From contig CP068257.2 in the NCBI GenBank assembly GCA_009914755.4, positions 36,032,001-36,096,000 of the forward strand: 64,000 nt of DNA, read 5' to 3'. The notes beneath the pieces were generated by a model that was given only the letters and a program-made list of their open reading frames with translations, did no database searches and had not been told where the DNA came from. The first letter of the stretch is position 1. The number at the start of each line of letters is the position of its first letter. Of the stretch, positions 25,630 through 37,470 are shown one piece after another. Both the position numbers and the translations under genes were made by a program. The stretch is from the human T2T-CHM13v2.0 reference genome, Homo sapiens.

Positions 25630-26000
25630 AGTTGGCGGGGATTTTTCCGCGAGTGGCTGCATTGGCTTTAAGAAACTGCGCCGGGCTGGGCAGCCGACGC
25701 ACCGCTAGGTGGCGCACGCGCTCGCTGCGTCTTTCAGGGCTGCAGGTACGGTGCGGGTTTCTGGTGGCGCTGACCGCGCTGGGGATGAGCACCACTGTCA
25801 TCGCGGGGACCCTCGGGCTGCGCCTCTGCCCCTCGGTCCCCAGCACCCCTGGGAGGAGCTGCTGCGATGACACCCAGTCCCTGGGCGCCGCCGCATCGCC
25901 CTGCCCTGAGCGGAATTCTCCGGCCCCAGGAGAGGCCGTGTGGCCATAAAAGGGCTGACCTCCTGATTCGGACTCCGCAGGTAGTCACTAGGGGCTTTCG
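25630..26000. promoter_or_regulatory. CpG island (about 33 CpG in ~370 bp), non-repetitive; candidate promoter or first exon of an unidentified transcript
   Basis: Dense CpGs were counted directly (gcgggg, ccgcgag, gcgccgggc, gccgacgcaccgc, ggcgcacgcgctcgctgcg, ggtacggtgcggg, ggcgctgaccgcgctgg, atcgcgggg, ggcgccgccgcatcgcc, ttcggactccgcag ...). There is a TATA-like ggccataaaagggctg at ~25943-25958. Splice-donor-like motifs CAG|GTACGG (~25744) and CAG|GTAGTC (~25978) lie on the plus strand. No repeat-family signature was seen. Confidence 0.55.
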
Positions 26001-26175
26001 CTGCTCCTGGAAGCAATTTCAAACCAGCAAGCAGGCTCTTATAGACTCTTACACCAAAAGAAGAATTTGGAGGTCCACCCCTAAACAGTCCATCACTGTT
26101 ACATTGACTCCCAAATTCCTATGCTAGAGTTACCTTAACGGCAAGCCAGACCCCTGACCCCAACCCATGTCAATA

Positions 26176-26207
26176 GCGGGGGTGGGGGTGGGGGTGGGGG
26201 TGGGGTG
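26176..26207. repeat. (GGGGT)n run, 5 G-tracts, G-quadruplex-capable
   Basis: gcgggggtgggggtgggggtgggggtggggtg, read directly. Confidence 0.9.
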
Positions 26208-26417
26208 CGCCGACCCTGCTGCGCTTGTCAGCTTCTCTAACTGTGGCTTGGCTCCTCTGTCCTCATGTGAGCTCTGGACCAGCAATACCTGCACCCTTGC
26301 CAGCAGGTTGCAAATGCAGAACCCAGACCTCCTGAATCTGAGCCTGCATTTTAACAGGGTCCGTGGGAGATTCGTGGGCACCACAGAACTGCAGGAGTGC
26401 TGGCGGAGGGCAGGGCT

Positions 26418-26541
26418 GAGTGCGGAAAGGGAGATGGGCAGGCCCATGGCGTGGGGACTGACCTTTGGCACAGGGCACGTCTGAGTGCAGAAAGGGAGGT
26501 GGCAAGTCTGTGGCTTGGGGACTGACCTTTGGGTCAGCGGT
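26418..26541. repeat. Tandem duplication, 2 copies of ~62-65 bp
   Basis: gagtgcggaaagggagatgggcaggcccatggcgtggggactgacctttggcacagggcacgtct is followed by gagtgcagaaagggaggtggcaagtctgtggcttggggactgacctttgggtcagcgg. Confidence 0.8.
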
Positions 26542-28004
26542 GGAGAGGAAGGGTACAGGGGTCCTTTCTCCAGGAGGTGGTCCTGGCATGGGCCAGGTGT
26601 GAGTCCCGTGACCTCCAGAAGCACATGGTAGGACAGGCCGGGCAGGCCAGGTAGGCCCTAAGCTCCATCTATTAGTGCAGGAGGGAGGCCCTGCACTTTG
26701 CTCACCACTGAACTCTGCCGCCAGCCAACACCAGGCACCTGATGGATCTATGTTGGGTGAAGCAATGAAGTGGACAGCCCAGTGCCTTGTGGAAGGGACA
26801 CCAGGGAGTGCTGAGGCCTGTGGGTGGGCGTATGAGGTGCAGGGCAGCTGGCATTGGCCTGGGGGCTGTGCTCAAAGACAAACTCCATCCACTTCTGGCT
26901 GTGCACAGGGCCAGCTTGGGGAGGTAGCAAGTGGATGAGCAAAACCAGGGGAAAGCAAGGCACCAGCCAGAGCTGTGTTCTCAGCAGGGTTGTGTTGGCC
27001 CAAGTGGGGACAGCAGCCATGTCTGGAGACATTTTTGATTGTCAAACTGGAGGGGGTGCTACTGGCACTTAGAGGTAGAGGCCAGGAATGCTGCACACAG
27101 CTTGCAAGGCACAGGATGGCCCCTGCAACAGAGAGTGACCTGGCTCCAAATGCCAATAGTGCTGAGGTTGAGGAACCACGAGAGAAAGCAGCAGGCTCTG
27201 CAGGCACTGGTGGAGATTTCTAGTGCCAATAGCTCTATGTCCCCTTCCCCACCTCCACCAGTCCCCATTGGGACCTGAGACCTTATTAGGAGTGACTACA
27301 GTGCTGGTCCCAGTTGACTAGGAAGAGGGCTCCTGGTCAGGCTGACGTTGCACTCAGGAGTCTAACTGTCCAGTGGCAGAAATCGATAATTGGTTCCAGT
27401 TCCTCTCCCCAGGTGCCACGATGCTGGCAGTGCCCACCACTCTGCTGGCCTTGGACTGCAGGACTGGTCCCTCCTGTGGCTTAAGACAAGCTCCAGCTAG
27501 TCTGCTGCAGTGTGACAGCCTGGGGATGGGGAGGGAGAGGACTCCGGTACACAGCCTGGGAGATGGCTTTTCCATGGCAACAGCTCAGTTCCTGGTAGGC
27601 AGCCCTCACCTGCTCTGATCCTGCCACATATGTGCAGCTCCCTGTGTTCCATCCAGAGATCAACTTGGCCAAAAGAATTTATTTTCAGTTTTTTGGGGAA
27701 AACCAATAAAAACACCTCCAAATAGCCCTGCTTTGCCAGGAGTACCAAATCCTTGGGTTTGCAGAAATACTAACGAGTGCTTTTATTTGACCTTTCCTTT
27801 CTTCTCCTTTCCCTTTCTTTCTTCTTTCTCCCTTTTTGTTGTTGTTTGTATTTGAAATTTATGCTTTATGTTTCATATGAGTTCATCATGATGGGGCTGT
27901 TTTCCATAACATTTTTCTTTAGCAAATTTCTTCAAAGTATGTGTTAAAATTATTTTTGTTTGACTATTGCATAAGCTCCAAGAGATCAGAAACTGTTTCT
28001 CTCC

Positions 28005-28330
28005 ATCCATTTATCCATTCATTCAATCCATCCATCCATCCACTTCCTCACCCATATACCCACCCACACACCAAACCATTTGTCCATCCATCCATCCATC
28101 CATCCATCCATCCATCCATCCATCCACCCACCCACCCACCCATCCATCCACCCACCCACCCATCCATCCATCCATCCACCCACCTATCCACCCACCCATC
28201 CAGTCATTTCAGTCATCCATCAGTTCACTCATTCACCCATTCATCAACCCATTCATCAACACACCCTTCTGTTCACTCATTCATACAGCCAGCCAACAAT
28301 CCATTCATCCATCCATTAATTCATTCATTG
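28005..28330. repeat. (CCAT)n / (CCCA)n microsatellite array, imperfect, ~325 bp
   Basis: ccatccatccatccatccatccatccatccatccacccacccacccacccatccatcc..., read directly. The ORF track over it gives HPSIHPS repeats. Confidence 0.95.
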
Positions 28331-28974
28331 GCAAAGGCAAGCATTGGAATTGCTGCTCTTTGCCTAGCCCTACAAAAGCTCTTACTGTCACAGAGATATT
28401 TCTCTAGTGGAAGGCTAGAAATTCACAAAACAAAGTGTTAAATGCATTTGAGTGTTATGCACAAAGGCCCTATGGGGCCAAACAGAAGCCGGCTAACTTG
28501 GCGGGTGGTGGTGTCAGAGAAGATTTTAAAGAGGATGGGACCTATTAGGAGAGCCTTGAAGGATAAATGCAGGGCAGTGGGGTCAGTAATTATCTAGAAG
28601 CCACAGCTAGTGAGTGATTCGTTGGGCTGCTGAAGTGAAGATGGGGACATGAGATGATACTGATCAGGTAAGGTAGCATTGTAAAAGGACTTCAATGATG
28701 TCCAAGGAATTTGCATGTTATCCTGTAATCCTGTAGACAATAGGAGTTATCCATGAATGTTATGATCGGTGCTGTTTTAGAGAGAAACTTCTGGGATTGT
28801 ATAGAGAGGTGGGGATGCTCTCCTAAGTGTCTTAACTGATTGGTTTGAAAACTCTTTTCTGGGGTCATAGGCTTCTTGCATAATTCCCAGAAATACCCAG
28901 AAAGCCTCCATGATAGGCAGTGGTGCCTGGACCTGCAGCTCTGAGGGAAGGAGCCTGGAGGAGAGGACTACCTG

Positions 28975-29105
28975 CACTGAGCAATAACCCATTGATGAAT
29001 GGATTGATGAATGTATGGGTGGGTGGATGGATGGATGACTGGATGGGTGGACAGATGGATGAATGGACAGGTAGATGAATGAATGGATAGATGGGTGGAT
29101 AAATA
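28975..29105. repeat. (ATGG)n / (TGGA)n microsatellite array, the reverse-complement motif of the array at 28005
   Basis: tgatgaatggattgatgaatgtatgggtgggtggatggatggatgactggatgggtggacagatggatgaatggacaggtagatgaatgaatggatagatgggtggataaataaatag. Confidence 0.95.
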
Positions 29106-29439
29106 AATAGAAAAGACTACAGAGCTTTGTACATGTGGCTGAGAGACCCACGTAAACTCAGGGAGCACCTACTGTAGTGGTGAAGCATGTAGCTGTTGGA
29201 GCCAGTCTGAGGGGGCCAAATCCCAGCTCTACTGCTTACATGGTTTAAAACAAAGGCACAAAATATTTGATGCTCCCTCTTCAAGAGATGGAGCCTACGT
29301 TCCTTCCCCTTACATGTTGGCTGGATTTAGTAACTCATTTCTGTTAAATAAAGTGGAAGTGATGGTGTGTAACTTTAGAGACTAAGTCTAAAGGGTGCTG
29401 TGGGTTTTCTCTTTCTCTCTGGAATTGTTTGCTTTGGGG

Positions 29440-29745
29440 AAAATTAGCTATCATGTTGTGAGGATACCAAGCAACTTATAGAGATGTCCACGTAGCAAGG
29501 AACTGAGGCCTCCTGTCAACAGCCATATTAGTGTATCATCTTGGAAGTGGATCCTCCAGCCCCAGTCAAGCCTTCAGATGACTGCAGCCCCAGCCAACAT
29601 CTTGATTGCAACCTCATAAGTACTCAGCTAAGTAGCTCCTGAATTCTAGATCTACAGAAGCTGTGAGACAATAAGTGTTGGTTGTTTTCAGCCACTAAGT
29701 TTTGGGGTAAATTGTACAGCAAGAGATAACTAATACAAAAGCTAT
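29440..29745 (+). mobile_element. MaLR-type LTR (MST/THE1/MLT-like), 3' portion
   Basis: ...ccagccccagtcaagccttcagatgactgcagccccagccaacatcttgattgcaacctcataag...gctcctgaattctagatctacagaagctgtgagacaataagtgttggttgttttcagccactaagttttggggtaaattgtacagcaag matches the MaLR LTR 3' end (cctccagaactgtgagaaataaatgtttgttgtttaagccacccagtctatggtattttgttatagcagc). Confidence 0.55.
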
Positions 29746-29915
29746 GTGCCCTTGGACAAGTTAATTCACTCTCCTGTGCCTCTGTTTCCTTACTCATATA
29801 ATTAGGGTGGTAATAACAGAATCTACATTATAGAGGAGCAGTAAGGATTTTGTGAGTTAATACGTGTGAAGCACTTAGAACAGGGCTGGCATGCAGTAAA
29901 TACTCAATGAATGTT
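29735..29915 (+). mobile_element. MIR fragment
   Basis: ttggacaagttaattcactctcctgtgcctctgtttccttactcatataattagggtggtaataacagaatctacattatagaggagcagtaaggattttgtgagttaatacgtgtgaagcacttagaacagggctggcatgcagtaaatactcaatgaatg matches the MIR consensus through to the 3' end. Confidence 0.65.
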
Positions 29916-30796
29916 AGTTATAACTACTGTTATTGATAATTGCGTGATCTCAGGCAAACACAGAAAGAACAGGGAAGAAATAGAGTGCTTGCTGAATGAA
30001 GGAAAGGTGGAAATCAACACTAGTCTTAACCATTTGTCATGTACTGTCAATCCAAGCTCAGCCCAAGGGTTAGTGTGTTCATTGGCCAGTGAAGTTTGAC
30101 TGACCTTCACCGAGGGGGCCTTCTGTATGGTAGGGATTACACTCAGCCTGGCACTCTGTTTATCTCTCTAAATCCTCAGGGCCACCTTTTGTATGAATTG
30201 GTGTATCACATACTGTCGCCTTTCTAGACATGGTTGGAAAAATCTTCAACATTAACCTGGAAGAGCTTTACCAAACATCTTCGTTATTCATTTTTGAAAC
30301 AACTGAGAGTATCCATGGTCACTGGTGCTCAGGGAATCCCTAAGTCAGCAGAAGGGCTGGATACCATTGTGACCATTTTAATTAAAATTCTTATTTGACA
30401 AGAGCCAGATATTTGTATGTATATCAATGGCATAGAGCAAATCATGCCTTTTTTCCTGTCTCTCTGATACAAAAGTGAGATTTATAGATCCCACTCATTC
30501 TCTCTCAACTGGTTTCCTCTACTGGCTAGGAGTATATATGAACAACAGCTTGTTTTCAACTATTATTTACTCATTTTTTACCTTTTGGAGTGAAAAAAGG
30601 TTGTAAAGTTCCATCTCAGTGCAGAAATTCCTGAGGAAGAAAGCCCTCTCGAGACAATTCAGAGTGAAATGTTGGGCAAGACCCAGCATTATGTTTCTCC
30701 CCCAGTCCTCCCTGAGACTGAGCCAGTATCCAAGGAGCTTCACTCCTTGAGCTCACAGAACAGTTGACCAACGAACTCTCGGCTGCACGTGGCTGC

Positions 30797-31200
30797 TGTC
30801 AAATTCCTGGGTATCCAGACTATGATGGTTAATTTTATATATCAACTCGACTGGGCATGGGGCACCCAGATATTTGGTTAAACAACCTTCTAGATACTTC
30901 CGTGAGAGTGGTTCTGGATGAGATTAGCATTTGAATCAATAGACTGAATAAAACTGATTGCCCTTATTCAATCTGCTGAAGCCCTGAACAGAACAAAAAG
31001 GCAAAGTAAAAGAGAATCTGCTCCCTTTGCCTGACTGTACTACAGCTGGGACACTGGTCTTCTCTTCCTTTTGGACTTGGACTTGGACTAGGACTACATC
31101 ATTAGCTTTCCTGGGTCTCCAGGAAACTGCAGGTCTTGGGAATTCTGAGCCTCCATAACTGTGTGAGCCAATGCTTGTAATAAATCATGTATATTTGTAT
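30797..31200 (+). mobile_element. MaLR/ERVL-type solo LTR (~400 bp)
   Basis: It starts tgatggttaattttatatatcaactcgactgggcatggggcacccagatatttggttaaacaacc (compare the MaLR LTR start tgatatggtttggctgtgtcccc...). It ends ...ctgcaggtcttgggaattctgagcctccataactgtgtgagccaatgcttgtaataaatc (compare the MaLR LTR 3' end ...cctccagaactgtgagaaataaatg...). Confidence 0.45.
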
Positions 31201-32502
31201 CTGCATAGACAGATGTATATCTCTCTCTTTCTATCTCTTCATCCATCCTATTGATTATATTTCTCTGGAGAACCCAGACTACATACACACTGTATAGAAT
31301 GCAGCCACCATCACTGTGACACCCTCCTGGCGCTTCTTTAACCCATGAACCCAGTATCTAGCTGCTCGCCAGGACAGTCCATTCTCCCAAGGGACAGCGC
31401 TCAGTAGCTCTGCAGAGGTTCCCATCAAGGACACTGGGCCTGAGGATCATGTTGGTTGTGAATGTCGCTATTATCTCTAGAGCTGAATGGAAGATTTCTA
31501 ACTAATCTCAAGGAACCTGTCCATTAGATGTCAAAGAATAAAAAGGTTCGGTTCTCACGACCCTAGTCAGAAATAACAATGCCAAGGTGTAGGGTTCCTC
31601 TTTTCTCTCTAATTCTCTTCAGGGGCTGAGAATTCTTGTGTGTTGCCTTACTTGGCATTTGCCAATTGATGCTGACAACTTGAAACTCTCAAATTAGGGG
31701 AGGAATTCCCAAGGTGTAGGCAGGGATAATGAAAGATGATCTAGAAATAGTCGTGGTAATCTGATAACTTGCCAAGTTCCTCTGATGTGCTCTTCTCTTT
31801 TTCTTCTCTGGACAGCTCTTATGTTGGTTTTGGTCTAAAAGAAGAGTGACAGGTGCCTGTTGGGGAATTTAACACTGGCTCTCACATTGTCCTGGGCCGA
31901 ACATAAACCTGTAATTTGATCAAGTGCTTCTGACAGGTGTATGCACATGCTTGTTTCACTCGGATCTGTCTTGAGGGAGTTGCTTCTTAGAAATTTCTGT
32001 ACTGAGTCAGATTCTTCATAACTTTTCTTTCATGCTAAAAGGTAAAACATGAGTGACTTTAAAAATCTTTCTATTCATTCAACCTTTTGTCGCTGAGTAC
32101 ACATGTGGCTGGTGAAATTTGCTAGTGACTCAACCAGAAAGAGAGCAGGAGAGAGGACGAAGAGAGGAGAAGTAGAGGGAGCGACCCAAATCACATTTTC
32201 TAGAAGGTCATACCTCTGAGTAGTAACCTTGGTTCAGTGAGACCACTCACCCATGGAGCTCCTGTGTAATTTGAGGTCAGGGTGTGTGATGCTGGTCTCA
32301 GTTGGTTGCTGAATGGGATGAACACCAGCTGCCCTATTTCTTCATTAAGGGGAAAGAAGTCTGTCTTGTGCATACACTGGGGACTGGCCTTGGCCCATCA
32401 CATTACTGTCCTGTTGCTTCTTTCATTCCACAAATGTTATTTGTTCAGGTGGTCACCAGGTAGACAATAGAAGGGGAGGGGTGGCTCGCAAGGAGGGTGG
32501 AT

Positions 32503-33130
32503 TAGTTTCCTGCAGCCGCAGTAACAAATTACCACAAACTTGGAGGCTTAGAACAATAAAAAATCATTCCTTCCCATTTCTGGAGGCCAGAAGTCTGAAA
32601 TCAGGGTGTCCTCAGGGCTGTGCATACTCTGAAGCCTCTAGAGGAAGGTCCTTTCTTGCTTCTTCTGGCTTCTCAGGGAGTCGTGTTAGCACGTAGGCTG
32701 GTCATTTGGAACAAAATGCAAGCTGACTGCCCAGCCGAGCCAGCGGGGTCAAAGAGCTCAGTCTAAAAATTAAACTATTGAAAGCACTACAAGAAAACAA
32801 GGGAGCATTATTTTATATTGGTTTTATAGGAATAGAGGAGGCCTTTCCAAGTGTAACGTGGTGGCCCCAGGCATTCCTTGGCTGGTGGCTGCATCACTCC
32901 AGTCTCTGCCTCCATCTTCACGTGACCTTCTCTGTGTGTCTCTTATAAGGGCAATTGTCATTGGATTTAGGGGCCACCAGGATAATCCAGGATGATCTCA
33001 TCTTGAGACCCCTAACCTAATTACATCCTTATAGGAAAAAGACCGTTTTCCCTATAAGGCCCCATTCATCGGTACTGGGGCCTAGGATGTGGACATATCT
33101 TTTTAGTGGTCACCAGTCAACTCACTACAG
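32503..33130 (+). mobile_element. MLT1-type (MaLR) solo LTR, interrupted at ~32676-32868 by a ~190-bp foreign segment
   Basis: ggagggtggattagtttcctgcagccgcagtaacaaattaccacaaacttggaggcttagaacaa...ttctggaggccagaagtctgaaatcagggtgtcctcagggctg... then, after the insert, ...ggctggtggctgcatcactccagtctctgcctccatcttcacgtgaccttctctgtgtgtctcttataagggcaattgtcattggatttaggggccaccaggataatccaggatgatctcatcttgagacccctaacctaattacatcc...ggtactggggcctaggatgtggacatatcttttt. This matches the MLT1 consensus from end to end. Confidence 0.75.
32676..32868 (+). repeat. Copy A of a ~190-bp dispersed duplicate (partner at 35099-35290, same orientation, ~88% identity), lying inside the MLT1 LTR
   Basis: gtgttagcacgtaggctggtcatttggaacaaaatgcaagctgactgcccagccgagccagcggggtcaaagagctcagtctaaaaattaaactattgaaagcactacaagaaaacaagggagcattattttatattggttttataggaatagaggaggcctttccaagtgtaac compared with copy B gtgttaggacatcggctggtcttccagcaaacaatgcaagctggctgcccagccgagtcagcggggtcaaagatctcagtctaaaaattaaactgttgaaagcactatgagaaaacaagggagaatgactttaagtgaattttataggaatagagaaggcctttccaagtataac. 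Confidence 0.85.
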
Positions 33131-34446
33131 ATGGGTTGGTGCTTAAGCAGTGAGCAGAGTGGTCCTCTGTCCGCCCAGGGGTGTTCCTTGGGGTGGGGCC
33201 AATTCTGGGTCCTGCTGCTCATCCCTGGGCCATCTGTCCCTGCAGCCTATTGGGAAGTTCTGCAAATCCAGTGGCCTCCACTAGATCAGGAGTGATGGGG
33301 AAGGAACACAGGGCTGCTTCAGGGAGCAGCGGGCTCAGCCCTGCCAGTTAGTGGGGAACCGCGCTCCGGCCAAATCAGAGCTGGAACATTCAAGCCAGCC
33401 TTTGTTTTCCCAAGTAAATCCAGCTTGCTTCCATACTGTTTCTCAGTCTCTGGCGTCAAGCGAGGGAAGCATTCCTGGAAAAATATGTCCTCTGAATCAT
33501 ATTACCATCCTGATTTACATTATAATTTCTTCAGCTATGTATTCCCAGAGGGAGGAAATTGGCTACGAGACATCACCAAAAATTCACACATAAGCACAAA
33601 GCAAGCCTGAAAGAAAAATCCTATTTGCAGAAAAAGGAGCCAGTGTTGCAAATGTGGCTTCCCCCATGACAGAAATGGCCCTGGTTACCAGCAAGAGGCA
33701 GCAGGGAAGAAGCCCCCCTTTCTGGAGGGATTTTCCAGGTTCTTGCTTTTTTAAAAACAGCATTTAAAGAGAGCAGCTTGAATAAATCCTTCCTCAGGGT
33801 TTCCTGGAGTGATCATCTTGTTCCTCCCTTCTCCCCTCCTCCTTCTCTGTCTTCTCTACCCTCTCTTCCTTCTTTAAGCCCACTGGCTTCTTTAGTTTTT
33901 ATTTGCGCATTGCAGATAACACTTCTCTGCTGAGGACCTCTAGGTGCACTGTCTCTTTAAGGGCCAGAATGGTCTGTTTTCCCTGCTTAACATATTTGTT
34001 TGTTCGTTTGCATGAAAAGGGTAGGAAAGACCAAAGCCTGGCAGGGAGGTAGAAAGGAAGACAGGACAGAAGCCAACCCCAAGGGAGTGAGATGCACAGA
34101 GTTCCGGTGTGGGGAGCCTGAAGTGGCCCCACAGAGCTGGGGTCTGGACCTGGGGACAGGCTTCTTTCTTGGTGCGTCCCAGGGGAAGGAGCAATTATAT
34201 GAAGTGGCAGAGGGAGAAAGGATCCCTTCTGCAGTGGGGGTGAGCTGGCTTCTCATCATGCCTACTGCACTGGCTGAGTGGGCAGGAGGCCAGGCATGAA
34301 TCTTTCTGATGGTCTGAGAGGCACAGTGACCACGTTTGGTGAGCCTGCCCTAAACAGAGGAAAGATGTTCTGTGTCACACCTACTCCAACAACAACTGAA
34401 CTGGTCTCTAGTAATAAACAAGAAATGATCAAACTGCCCTATAATT

Positions 34447-34905
34447 GTTGTCTGAGTCTCCTTGGGCTGTCATAACGAAGTATCACAAACAGGTGGCTTG
34501 AACGACAGAAATGTATGGTCTCACAGTTCTGGAGGCTGGAAGCCTGAGATCCAGGTGTTGGCAGGGTTGGTTCCTCCTGAGGCTGTGAAGGGAGGTCTGG
34601 TCCAGGCCTCTCCCCCGGGTTATGGTAGTTGCTGGCGATCTTTGGCTCTTGTTGCATCACCCTGACTTCTGATGTCATCTTCACACGGCCTTCTCCCCGT
34701 GCACATGTCTGTGTCCAAATTTCCACTCCATTTTTTTTTTTTTATGAGGACACCAGCCACATCGGACTACGGTCTGCTCTTCTCCAGTAGGACCTCATCT
34801 AACTTAACTAATTACATCTGCAATGGGCCTATTTCCCAATAAGATCATATTCTTAGGTACTAAGGGTTAGGACTTCACCATATGAATTTTGGGGAACACA
34901 AACAG
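34447..34905 (+). mobile_element. MLT1-type (MaLR) solo LTR, different subfamily from the one at 32503
   Basis: ctccttgggctgtcataacgaagtatcacaaacaggtggcttgaacgacagaaatgtatggtctcacagttctggaggctggaagcctgagatccaggtgttggcagggttggttcctcctgaggctgtg...cttcacacggccttctccccgtgcacatgtctgtgtccaaatttccactcc...tatgaggacaccagccacatcgga...ggtactaagggttaggacttcaccatatgaattttggggaacacaaacag. Confidence 0.75.
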
Positions 34906-35098
34906 TAATTGTGAAGTGTTATGTTAGCATAGGAAGGTTAGGGGAACTCAGACTGGTATTTGAAACAGTTACCCTAGCCTAAGGTTAGGAATATTATTTG
35001 GAAACCATTGTTTTCTTTTGCTAAAGTGGGTGGGATAAAATCAGGAAGTACAAAGCTGAAGACCACTTAAGTCCATGGAGGAAAGCCAGATTATTCGG

Positions 35099-35290
35099 TG
35101 AAAAGTGTTAGGACATCGGCTGGTCTTCCAGCAAACAATGCAAGCTGGCTGCCCAGCCGAGTCAGCGGGGTCAAAGATCTCAGTCTAAAAATTAAACTGT
35201 TGAAAGCACTATGAGAAAACAAGGGAGAATGACTTTAAGTGAATTTTATAGGAATAGAGAAGGCCTTTCCAAGTATAACATAAAACTGAG
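35099..35290 (+). repeat. Copy B of the ~190-bp dispersed duplicate
   Basis: See copy A. This one was compared by eye, base by base. Confidence 0.85.
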
Positions 35291-35782
35291 ATGGCAGAAA
35301 GAAACATGTCAATAACTTTCACTACATAAAATAAATATATTTTGCAGGTAAAATACCATTAACAAAAAAATCAATAAGACAAATGACAGACTATGAAAGA
35401 TATCTGCAAAACATAAAACTGACAAGGGAGTCATTTCCTTTATATAAAGCCAGCCATTACAAATCAACTAGAAAAAAGAAAAAATCAATTAGGAAATGGG
35501 CAAAGAGAAGAAAAGGAAACACCAGTAAATATATTGAAAGATGCCCAACTACATGCTAGAAAACACGAATGACACCCGTTTTCACTTATCCTACTGGCAA
35601 AGATCAATGAGTTGTTTCTACCCAGTGTGGATGAAAATAGGTAGACAAAGGCGTGCCTGTCTCTGGAGGTAGGATTGGAAATCAAATGATCCTTTGTAGG
35701 AGGGCAATTTGGCAATATCTTTAAAAGCAAAATATGCATATCCTCTTTTATCCCATCAATCTCACTTCTAAGAATCTATCCT

Positions 35783-36434
<652 letters not shown>

Positions 36435-37091
36435 TTACTGCACTGTTATTTGTAACAAAAAAAGTAGAAAGCTGTCTATAATATTCTCTAGAGCACTAGT
36501 TATAGAAATGATCGTATGTCCATCAAATAAAGTATTATTTTGCAATTTAAAAAGAACAAGTTAATGTGTTAATAAAGATTTGTGGTATATGTTAAATTAA
36601 TAAAGAGCAGTTGACCATATACAAAATCATCCACTTCCATTTGTGTAACAAAATAGGAATATGTATGAATACATGTTACAGTATACCTGAAGAGGCATAG
36701 AACGTTTCCAGAAAGGCACTCAAGTGACAGTGAGCACGGCTTCTATCCAAGCAGAGGGACTGCAGAACAGAGGATGGAAAGGGATGTATTTTTCATTATC
36801 TATCCTTTATACCATTTGAATGTCTTATCCTGTGCAAGCATTACTTTTAATGTAAAAACACCCGAATTAAAATTTAAAAAATGAGGAACAGAAGATTAAT
36901 CCTTCTCTGTGGACAAAGAAGGATTTGCTGTGGGGTACTCATACGTGCTCTCTTGATACCCGGTTGAGGAGGGGGACAGGTGAAATCTAATTTCTTTAGA
37001 CTGAAGCAGATGGAGGGAGACTCATCACTCCAGTCCAACTGGCTGTGAAGGTGGAGGAAGCTAGTGTCTGGGAAGGAGAGAATGCCTATGA

Positions 37092-37470
<379 letters not shown>

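Noticed and set aside
25562-26624. Several 74-164-aa ORFs on both strands in and downstream of the CpG island
   Set aside because: GC-rich DNA yields long stop-free frames by chance. The peptides are Ala/Arg/Pro/Gly-rich with no motif, and no splice-acceptor or exon structure was found. The region is reported only as a candidate promoter.
27941-28441. ORFs of 146-166 aa encoding HPSIHPS.../PTHPP... repeats
   Set aside because: They are translations of the (CCAT)n/(CCCA)n microsatellite array.
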